Positions 8,199 to 19,838 of a stretch of DNA of 19,838 nucleotides are shown here, piece after piece. The notes under the pieces were generated by a model, which saw nothing but the letters and a program-made list of their open reading frames with translations, made no database searches and was not told the DNA's origin. Source of the stretch: Candidatus Bathyarchaeia archaeon (GTDB taxonomy: Archaea; Thermoproteota; Bathyarchaeia; TCS64); the NCBI GenBank assembly GCA_050014495.1, contig JBEKDF010000045.1, positions 1-19,838 on the forward strand. The letters run 5' to 3'. Numbering within the stretch: the stretch's first letter is position 1; every line of letters begins with the position of its first letter. The position numbers were made by a program, and so were the translations under genes.

Positions 8199-8942
8199 AT
8201 GAGACTAGAAAATCAGGTTGCCCTCATTTTTGGGGGAGGAAGAGGACTAGGGAAGGCAACAGCTTTACTATTCGCCGCTGAGGGAGCGGACATTTCTGTC
8301 GTTGCACGTACAAAGAAAGAGATAGATTCCGTAGCTCGGAAGGTGAAGAGACTCGGCAGACGAGCTATCGCAATCAAAGCCGATGCTACAAAACCTAACG
8401 AGGTAGATGAAGCCGTCGAAAAAACAATCGAGGCCTATGGCAAAATAGACATCCTCCTCAACAGCCAAGGAGACTGGCTCATCAAACCCACCCTTAAGAC
8501 AACCGAGCAGGATTGGAACCACATAATAGATACAAATCTAAAATCCGTCTACCTAACCTGCAAAGCCGTTCTCCCGCATATGATAGCCAAAAAAAGTGGG
8601 CATATCTTCAACATTGGCTCTGCATCAGGACTTTGGTATCCTGGGGGCGGAATCATAACAATATACAAAGCATCAAAGATGGGACTTACTGGCTTTAGTA
8701 AGGCCCTCGCAGAAGAGCAGGCTCCAAATGGGATAGGCGTCCACCTCATTGCGCCGCACCCCATGGACACGCCTATGCGCTGGGAATCAACCCCATCTGC
8801 CGATAAACCTGCGTTAATACGTCCGGAGGTCGTCGCGGACCTTATGGCGACAATAGCTAGCCACCCCGATCTACGCATTAGCGAGGCAATAGTCCCAGAG
8901 ATCAACCTACCCTACACGAGTAGCTATAAACAGGCTAAATGA
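8199..8942 (+). CDS. short-chain dehydrogenase/reductase (SDR)
   Basis: GGGRGLG Rossmann motif, NIGS, catalytic YKASK. Confidence 0.92.
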   Translation: MRLENQVALIFGGGRGLGKATALLFAAEGADISVVARTKKEIDSVARKVKRLGRRAIAIKADATKPNEVDEAVEKTIEAYGKIDILLNSQGDWLIKPTLKTTEQDWNHIIDTNLKSVYLTCKAVLPHMIAKKSGHIFNIGSASGLWYPGGGIITIYKASKMGLTGFSKALAEEQAPNGIGVHLIAPHPMDTPMRWESTPSADKPALIRPEVVADLMATIASHPDLRISEAIVPEINLPYTSSYKQAK

Positions 8943-9090
8943 CCCCATGATTCATATTTGGTGGATCCATTTCCTCTTTTGAGTTCGGGCTTGAATGAGG
9001 TATGTGCTTCAAGTTAAGTCCGCAGGGCTCATGGATCTAATTCATTCTTGCTCGGAGTTTAACCTGGAAAAAATAGAATAAGAATACTCA

Positions 9091-9444
9091 TTAATCTGCT
9101 TCGAGCTGCTCGATTACGTGGAGGAGAGCCCTCGCCATTACTGCGTTCTCCCAGTTCTCCGTTTCGGAGACCATCTGAAGACCAAGCTTGACCGCTTCAA
9201 CGCCACTCTCCGGTGGAGCCACAGGGTCAACGATTATGTAGTTCTGTGCTATGAAACTCACCCTTACCTCTACTAACATCCCAGGTTCGAGGTCGTTAAA
9301 GATCGGGTTCTCGCGGTTAAACAAAATGACGCGTCCATCCCGCATCCGACTAATCAGACTATCCGCCTTGCCCTTTAATACAAGGACCGTAAATTGGTCC
9401 CCGAGGCTAACTTCTGTTTTGGTTTCACTGTTAGACAAATTCAA
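9091..9444 (-). CDS. hypothetical protein with a TRAM-like N-terminal beta-barrel
   Basis: VSLGDQFTVLV...ISRMRDGRVILF...LEPGMLVEVRVSFIAQNYIIV follows the TRAM domain pattern; helical C-terminal extension; TTG start. Confidence 0.55.
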   Translation of the reverse strand: MNLSNSETKTEVSLGDQFTVLVLKGKADSLISRMRDGRVILFNRENPIFNDLEPGMLVEVRVSFIAQNYIIVDPVAPPESGVEAVKLGLQMVSETENWENAVMARALLHVIEQLEAD

Positions 9445-9789
9445 ATCCCGTATCTAATCAAAACCACTCTTTTAATTAAAGATACTGCTCTTATTGTGAA
9501 TTCTGATGCTAAACCACCCCTTTTAAAGGGTCCATTAGAGTTGCGTTTACAATATAAAACGGGAACCTAAAACAATCTCCCTGTATCACTGTTTAATTAA
9601 TTTTTGAAAATGAGGGGCGTCAAGAAAGTCTCTTTCTAATATGCTTATCCCCTTTTTAATTCTCTCAATTTCACCCTATTTTATATTTCTTCGTTCGTCA
9701 GCCCTCTAACTCGCTTAAAAACCACCACTAAGTAACACGAATCACCTTCAGCCTCATCAAGGCCTAAGAAAATGTAGACCTTATTTCGA

Positions 9790-9812
9790 AAACATAACGT
9801 TTTTATCTATAC
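9790..9812 (+). promoter_or_regulatory. putative rRNA operon promoter (BRE/TATA)
   Basis: TTTTTATCTATA lies about 25 nt upstream of the abrupt start (about 9829) of the GC-rich, hairpin-forming leader. Confidence 0.5.
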
Positions 9813-9828
9813 ACAGTGGTATGGCTGT

Positions 9829-10027
9829 TGGCGCGTAAGCGTCTTCCGCCCATAGTCGGCGGCTTCGATCCGACAGAGGCGTTTGGCCTCAGGATGAAGG
9901 ATCGGCTCCAGTGGCGGAAACAGGTATGACGACCTGAGCAAAGGGGTCACACCCCTTCGGGTCGGATATGGGTCGGGTAGGTACGAAAACTCCTCCGCAT
10001 TCCTGTGTTAACAGACTTGCGGAATTC
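9829..10027 (+). other. structured 5' external transcribed spacer with the 5' arm of the 16S processing stem
   Basis: Hairpins GGCGC-GTAA-GCGTC, TTCCGCC/GGCGGAA, GAGGC/GCCTC and AAGGGG/CCCCTT. TGGGTCGGGTAG (9969-9980) and TCCTCCGCATTC (9991-10002) are complementary to 11561-11572 and 11544-11555. Confidence 0.8.
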
Positions 10028-11525
<1,498 letters not shown>

Positions 11526-11660
11526 AAGACAGAACGACGCAGTGAATGCGGAGGAAGTAACTACCCGACCCAGATCAATCTCACAATATGCGGCTCCCGA
11601 GCACAGCTTGAGGGGCTAAGGGCGAGCCACGGGGGGATGGAATCCCTCGAAAGAGGCTAT

Positions 11661-14763
<3,103 letters not shown>

Positions 14764-14965
14764 TCTAACTTCTAGAAGCAATACTACTCTAGTGGATACT
14801 AGGGTTGGTTCGTTTTCAATGGATACATTCTATAAGAGAATGCTTCATAGTAGTTTTCGGAGTCGGAGCCAATTTCCACTCTTTTACGCAATTTTATCCT
14901 TAATCGTATTCATAACTGAATTATAGCATATGGGCAACTAGTATCTTCATCTGTGGGTGAGGTTT

Positions 14966-16831
14966 ATGGTGCATGGAGAGGATCCTATTCATCTCCTCAT
15001 GGGCAATGAGGCTGTTGCACGCGGGGTTCTTGAGGCTGGAGTAAAGTTCGCTATAGGCTACCCCGGAACACCCTCTACCGAAGTCATTGAGACACTGATA
15101 ATGGGCTCCGAGGAAAACGGGGTCCGCGCCGAGTGGGCGGTTAATGAGAAAGTCGCCTTCGATATCGCAACAGGTGTGAGTCTAGGCGGCTCTCGATGCC
15201 TTGTTACCATGAAGAGTGCCGGGCTTAACGTCGCCTCGGATTCAATAATGTCTGTGGCTTATGGGGATGTAATCGGGGGGCTCGTCATTTACGTAGCTGA
15301 CGACCCTGGTGCCCACGCTGGGATGGAGGAGCAGGACAGCAGAATGTTCACCTGGTCCTGTCCTCTCCCTATGTTCGATGTATCTGACCCCCAGAGCAGT
15401 AAGGATATGATTGTCTCCGCCTTCGACCTATCTGAGAGATATAAGATACCCGTCTTCGTTAGGTCGACTTCGAGGGTCGCTCACGGGAAGGCTCCAGTTA
15501 AAATAGGCGAGATCAGGGAGGTTGAGCCTAAGCTCCACCTTAAGAAGGATATAAGCCGATTCACACGAGCTTCGCCTCTATGGGTGAAGAGTCAGCATAG
15601 GATACTAATCGAGCGAATTGAAAATGTGAGGGTTGAGTTCGAGTCATCCCCGCTTAATGAGATCGACCTGAAACCGGATTCGAGGCTTGGCGTCATTGCC
15701 GTGGGAGCCGTGTGGGGCTACCTCCAGGATGTATTATCCAATGGAGGTCATAGGGTGTCTACGCTGAAGATTGGGACGGTGAATCCCCTTCCCTCGAATA
15801 TCATCCGAAGGATGCTGATGCACGTCGACTCCGTACTTGTGTTGGAGGAGCTTGAACCATTTGTTGAGCTCCAGGTAAAGGCTTTAGCCTCGGATATTGG
15901 GGGCGGGATACGTGTGTTGGGGAAGTTGGACGGTGTCCTTCCGAGGATAGGCGAGTACGATAACGAGCTCGTTCAGAGTGCGTTGGATAATCTTATGGAT
16001 GGGGTCCAAGCTGTAAGCGATTCGGGCCTCGACTCCATTCGGAGGGAGGCGAGGGAGCTAGCGCCGATACGGAGTCTTCCCTTCTGCGCAGGCTGCCCAC
16101 ATAGGGGTACCTACACCGCGTTGACGAACGCCATTAATGAGCTTGGTTTAAAGAAGGACGATGTGATCGTCACGGGAGACATTGGCTGCACGATCCTGGG
16201 AATGTACCCGCCTTGGAGCAGCTGCTGGACGGAGGTCAGTATGGGCGCCTCCATCGGTAACGCTGTTGGATTTAAGTACGCGGGGATTAAGACGCCGGTT
16301 ATTGCTACCATAGGAGATTCAACCTTCTTCCATGCCGGTATACCTCCAACTGTGAACGCTGGCTGGAGGGGGACGCCTCTAGTTATCGCAGTTTTAGACA
16401 ACCAAGTAACAGGCATGACAGGCCACCAGGCATCACCCGCATCCACAAGCTCATCGAAGGGAACTCCAACTATAACTGTTAAGATAGAGGAAATGCTCAG
16501 GGCCTCAGGGATCGACAATGTGACCGTCGTGGATCCTTACGACCTGAGAGCGAGTACGGATGCCTTTAAGGCGGCAATAAGCAGCGGCGGCCCCTCGGGG
16601 ATAGTCTTAAGGAGGGTCTGCTCACTAGTCGCTGGTCGACAGGGAGCCCTTGGCCTACCTCGTATGGTCAACTCGGAGATGTGCTCGGGTTGCCTAGTCT
16701 GCATCCGCACTCTTAGCTGCCCCGCAATGAACATCCAATCGGAAAAGATGACAATCGACAATACCTCCTGCACGGGCTGCGGGCTATGTTCACAGGTTTG
16801 TCCCTTTCACGCGATTGAGGAGGGTGAGTAA
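14966..16831 (+). CDS. iorA: indolepyruvate:ferredoxin oxidoreductase alpha subunit
   Basis: GNEAVARG, GYPGTPSTE, NEKVA, CAGCPHR, GDIGC, TPP motif GDSTFFHAG..LDN and two C-terminal [4Fe-4S] motifs. Start is ATG 14966 or GTG 14957. Confidence 0.93.
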   Translation: MVHGEDPIHLLMGNEAVARGVLEAGVKFAIGYPGTPSTEVIETLIMGSEENGVRAEWAVNEKVAFDIATGVSLGGSRCLVTMKSAGLNVASDSIMSVAYGDVIGGLVIYVADDPGAHAGMEEQDSRMFTWSCPLPMFDVSDPQSSKDMIVSAFDLSERYKIPVFVRSTSRVAHGKAPVKIGEIREVEPKLHLKKDISRFTRASPLWVKSQHRILIERIENVRVEFESSPLNEIDLKPDSRLGVIAVGAVWGYLQDVLSNGGHRVSTLKIGTVNPLPSNIIRRMLMHVDSVLVLEELEPFVELQVKALASDIGGGIRVLGKLDGVLPRIGEYDNELVQSALDNLMDGVQAVSDSGLDSIRREARELAPIRSLPFCAGCPHRGTYTALTNAINELGLKKDDVIVTGDIGCTILGMYPPWSSCWTEVSMGASIGNAVGFKYAGIKTPVIATIGDSTFFHAGIPPTVNAGWRGTPLVIAVLDNQVTGMTGHQASPASTSSSKGTPTITVKIEEMLRASGIDNVTVVDPYDLRASTDAFKAAISSGGPSGIVLRRVCSLVAGRQGALGLPRMVNSEMCSGCLVCIRTLSCPAMNIQSEKMTIDNTSCTGCGLCSQVCPFHAIEEGE

Positions 16832-16832
16832 G

Positions 16833-17432
16833 ATGGAACATAACATCCTAATAACAAGCATCGGGGGTCAGGGAGGCATAGCCTTAGCACGAGTTCTCTC
16901 CCAAGCGGCACTTGACCAGGGGCTAAATGTCAGAGTCGGGGAGACCCTTGGTATGGCGCAACGCGGGGGCTCCGTACAGAGCCATATTAGAATAGGTGAG
17001 GAGGTCCATGGCTTCATTATCCCGAGAGGTAGGTGTGACGTCCTACTAAGCCTCGAGCCTTCAGAGTCATTAAGGGAGCCAGAGTATCTCAGCTCGGGGA
17101 CGAAAATCATCCTTAACACTACACCTGTCTACCCGATACCCGTTCTCCTAAAGGAAGCCTCCTACCCAGAGCTAAACAAGGTCACCTCTGCACTTGAGCG
17201 GATAGGGTGTACGATCTTTAGAATAGATGCCCGTAGACTCGCTCTCAGCGTGAACGCGCCAACGAGCCTAAACATCGTAATCCTGGGTGCTTACGCTGCC
17301 CTCGGAGAAGGTGTCCTTAACATGGAATCCATACGGAAGGCTATGAGAGAATCCCTATCTAGGAAGTTTCTTGATGCCAACAATAGGGCATTCGAGAAAG
17401 GTTGTGAGGCCATGAAGAAGATGTTATCATAG
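16833..17432 (+). CDS. iorB: indolepyruvate:ferredoxin oxidoreductase beta subunit
   Basis: GGQG, ETLGMAQRGGSVQSHIRIG, N..ILG, N..AF..G; ATG 16833 directly follows the iorA stop, with SD-like GAGGGTG upstream. Confidence 0.92.
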   Translation: MEHNILITSIGGQGGIALARVLSQAALDQGLNVRVGETLGMAQRGGSVQSHIRIGEEVHGFIIPRGRCDVLLSLEPSESLREPEYLSSGTKIILNTTPVYPIPVLLKEASYPELNKVTSALERIGCTIFRIDARRLALSVNAPTSLNIVILGAYAALGEGVLNMESIRKAMRESLSRKFLDANNRAFEKGCEAMKKMLS

Positions 17433-17453
17433 GCCTAAATTGCTGTTTCTTCC

Positions 17454-18206
17454 TTAAACACCGATACAAGGGGCAAGATAATAGACAAGCTTCCCCTTAT
17501 GTAACTCGAAATCCATCTTGATGGGCATGTCAGTGCTCAACTCTATTGTTGCAACCTCGCTGCTATTCCCAGCGGCATTCGCTATCTCATTAAGGTAGCT
17601 GAGAGTGAAGGTCGCGCTACTGTCCTCCTCGGCCTTTAGGTCGATGAGGTCATCACTCCCCTTCTCCCACTCGCTGTGGGCACTACCCATGTCGCCGTTA
17701 GCACTAATCTTAAGCATCTCTCCCTCGACAGCGACCTTCACATGCTCGCTAACGAGGTTCGCATCCCTTATCGCGTTTCTTAGGCTATTTGTGATGAGAC
17801 GCGCTTTCGCCTTGAAGAATATCTTTGGCTGGGGGACCTCCTCGTCGATTGGTTCTAGAATCGGCATCTCAAAACGCCTGCTATGGCCACCACGCTTGCA
17901 AAGAATTACAAGTCGAGCCTTCTCCTCGTCGAGGCGTATCCATGTCTCTTCATCCTTGTCGACGCGGTCGAGGAACTTTAGAAACTCCTTTATGTTAATG
18001 CTGAGATGGGGCTCACCCTCACACTTGTAAATATCGAAGAAGTCTGCGGGAAGCTCGAAATCGACCATAGCGACGTGGCTGGGGTCCATGGCTAGGAGCT
18101 TAACCTGGGCCTCGTTCATCACAAAGGTGCCCTCCTCGACAATGACACTTAGAGCCTTGATCAGGTTGCGGAATGGGTCAATACTGGAAACCTCTACCTC
18201 GAACAA
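17454..18206 (-). CDS. pcn: DNA sliding clamp PCNA
   Basis: 250 aa; AMDPSHVAMVD, FTLSYL, DMPIKMDF, YYLAP motifs; TTG start with AAGGAG upstream. Confidence 0.96.
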   Translation of the reverse strand: MFEVEVSSIDPFRNLIKALSVIVEEGTFVMNEAQVKLLAMDPSHVAMVDFELPADFFDIYKCEGEPHLSINIKEFLKFLDRVDKDEETWIRLDEEKARLVILCKRGGHSRRFEMPILEPIDEEVPQPKIFFKAKARLITNSLRNAIRDANLVSEHVKVAVEGEMLKISANGDMGSAHSEWEKGSDDLIDLKAEEDSSATFTLSYLNEIANAAGNSSEVATIELSTDMPIKMDFELHKGKLVYYLAPCIGV

Positions 18207-18352
18207 ATCACTGTCTCCTTAGATGGAATTAGTTGTCTTAGCCTACGACCAGAGGGATAAAAGGATATTCACCCTCCTAGAAACCCCCTAATGAAATAGT
18301 AAAAATCATATTGATTGGATTCGACGCTAAAGATACATGTATAGGGGTTTGG

Positions 18353-18673
18353 TTAGCTGTAGTCGCGCCACGTGTATCCGCACTTCGTGCACCTATAGAA
18401 TTGGGTGCTTGACTCATCTATGCCTCTTGTCTGTACCATCCACCAGTATGCTTTGTCATTTCCGCACTTGGGACACTCCGCCTTTACCTGAGGCGTCGTG
18501 CGGAGGTTCTGCTCCTTTTTACCGATGACTACTATCTTATCCTGATTTTTTGTCTCTCGCTCAATCTTCATCTCCACAGTCATCGGTTGCTCGGTACCGC
18601 AATTGGGGCAGATGTAGCACCTTTTCTTATGGTCGACGGTGCACATTGTCCCGCACTCTGAGCAGAATTTCGT
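18353..18673 (-). CDS. tfs: transcription factor S (TFS, RpoM family); start probably upstream of the tracked ATG
   Basis: C-terminal ribbon CPKC...QTRGIDE..TQFYRCTKC with the catalytic DE pair. The first CxxC of the N-terminal ribbon (KFCSECG) lies upstream of ATG 18646, so the start is placed at ACG 18673. Confidence 0.9.
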   Translation of the reverse strand, partial: TKFCSECGTMCTVDHKKRCYICPNCGTEQPMTVEMKIERETKNQDKIVVIGKKEQNLRTTPQVKAECPKCGNDKAYWWMVQTRGIDESSTQFYRCTKCGYTWRDYS

Positions 18674-18731
18674 TTTTACTCCTCCGTTACAAGCCCTTTA
18701 CCCGGAGGGGTTGTATTAATACCTTATGCAT

Positions 18732-19217
18732 TTAGTCCTCTGGTAGCGCAGATAGTGTTAACGCCGCTAATCTAAGAGCCTCTGGGGTGACTCCATGGCG
18801 TGTTGTTTTCCTGAGAACACCCTCAGCGGACCAGCGGCTGAGGCCAACCGAGGAAAATGACAACTCCTCTTCATCACTTCTCCAGATGAATTTTTTTCCT
18901 ATCGAGTTGCCCAGGAAAATAACAGGCCTCTCCGTCTTCGTGCTTAACTCTTCAGTGGAGACACTTATATCCAATGGGAGATTCTCCTTGCTCAGTAGGA
19001 TGATGCGAACTTGCCCGTAATGGGGTGAAGAAGTAAGCATCTCCACAATAGGATCCGTGATGTCTTTTTCTACGGAGCGTATCCTCATAACACCATCGAG
19101 CCAAAGGCTTCCCCTATAGACTATTCCGATGATGTTGTAGCCACCCGAACTGCGCCTTGCAGCCACACCTAGGACCCTGATTTCCTTTTTGATCTGGCGT
19201 AGCCTCTCGGGGGTCAT
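18732..19217 (-). CDS. DUF99 family protein (endonuclease V-like), degenerate
   Basis: IKKEIRVLG, G.VYRG..WLDGV, SPHYGQVRIILL, L..KTERPVI, PEALRLA; sits between rpoL and tfs. Confidence 0.8.
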   Translation of the reverse strand: MTPERLRQIKKEIRVLGVAARRSSGGYNIIGIVYRGSLWLDGVMRIRSVEKDITDPIVEMLTSSPHYGQVRIILLSKENLPLDISVSTEELSTKTERPVIFLGNSIGKKFIWRSDEEELSFSSVGLSRWSAEGVLRKTTRHGVTPEALRLAALTLSALPED

Positions 19218-19244
19218 ATCATGCTCGTGAAAAGAATATGATTG

Positions 19245-19538
19245 TTACTTCTTAAGGTTGGAGATGCTCTGGTTTAGTCCTTCGTCGAACTCTTTGAGCT
19301 TAGCCTCGGCATTATCTGCCGCTTTCTTAAGTATCTCCTTCACATTCGCCTTCTTCCCCTTGAACCTGATAAAGAGCCTGCTCCTATCCATGAGGGGGTG
19401 GGGACGTGTGTAACCCGCCATCTCAACGGCGGGATCCTCAAGAAGGCTAGTCTGCAGCAGATTGAGCAATGTATGGCTCTCTCCTCCGAATTCTACCTCG
19501 ACATAACCTTCCTCTTCCTTGATTATATTGAGCTTCAT
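19245..19538 (-). CDS. rpoL: DNA-directed RNA polymerase subunit L (Rpo11)
   Basis: GESHTLLNLL...DPAVEMAGYTRPHPL signature. Confidence 0.95.
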   Translation of the reverse strand: MKLNIIKEEEGYVEVEFGGESHTLLNLLQTSLLEDPAVEMAGYTRPHPLMDRSRLFIRFKGKKANVKEILKKAADNAEAKLKEFDEGLNQSISNLKK

Positions 19539-19837
19539 GACGATATGTCCTCCTTCCCGTAACTCCTAGCGATCTGTCTACGCTCGACACGCTTACAGTT
19601 AGGACACATTAGGCGTCCCTTCTGGTTCTCGAGGATTCCTCCGCACCTACCGCAGTAAGCATAGATGACACCATACTCGGGGGCTCCCATGCTGAGTTGG
19701 ATGATTCTGTTCTTCGTATTGGCGACGACCGCGCGTACAATATCGCCACTCCTAAGAGCCTGCTCCAAGTTCCTCCCAAACTCTCGAGCGACGTCGCTTA
19801 TGTGGATAACTCCAGTATAAGTGGGTTCTATCTTCTT
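19535..19837 (-). CDS. csl4: exosome RNA-binding protein Csl4 (5' end outside the window)
   Basis: Frame is open to the window edge: TGVIHISDV...GDIVRAVV (S1 domain), then YGVIYAYCGRCG...CPNCKRVERR zinc ribbon; ATGA overlap with rpoL. Confidence 0.93.
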   Translation of the reverse strand, partial: KKIEPTYTGVIHISDVAREFGRNLEQALRSGDIVRAVVANTKNRIIQLSMGAPEYGVIYAYCGRCGGILENQKGRLMCPNCKRVERRQIARSYGKEDISS

Positions 19838-19838
19838 A

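Noticed and set aside
9445..9828. Replication origin in the AT-rich intergenic region, suggested by G-strings on the minus strand and an impression of changing codon skew across the rRNA operon
   Set aside because: No ORB-like TCCA..GGA inverted core and no cdc6/orc1 gene nearby; skew could not be computed and looked inconsistent by eye.

Overview
Archaeal chromosome segment of TACK/Thermoproteota type. Bathyarchaeia is the most plausible source, inferred from the 16S/23S sequence style, the tRNA-less ITS, the unlinked 5S and the gene content. Left part: a GNAT acetyltransferase fused to an SSB/RPA-like OB fold (runs off the left edge), a second GNAT, a PMT-family (GT-C) glycosyltransferase paired with a GT2 polyprenol-phosphate sugar synthase, a MalY/PatB-like PLP enzyme, an FNR-type gene remnant, a divergent adenine-deaminase-family protein, a C_GCAxxG_C_C protein, a small membrane ORF, an SDR and a TRAM-like protein. 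Centre: a complete 16S-23S rRNA operon with long processing stems; a canonical bulge-helix-bulge (BHB) is visible only around the 23S. Right part: iorAB and the housekeeping cluster csl4-rpoL-DUF99-tfs-pcn. No mobile element, CRISPR array, tRNA or rRNA intron was seen. Best leads: the GNAT-OB fusion, an apparent ACG start codon for TFS, a candidate archaeal protein O-glycosylation pair, a 16S C1400U variant with primer mismatches, and active-site changes in the deaminase and DUF99 proteins. All family calls come from motif recognition by eye; no database search was run.
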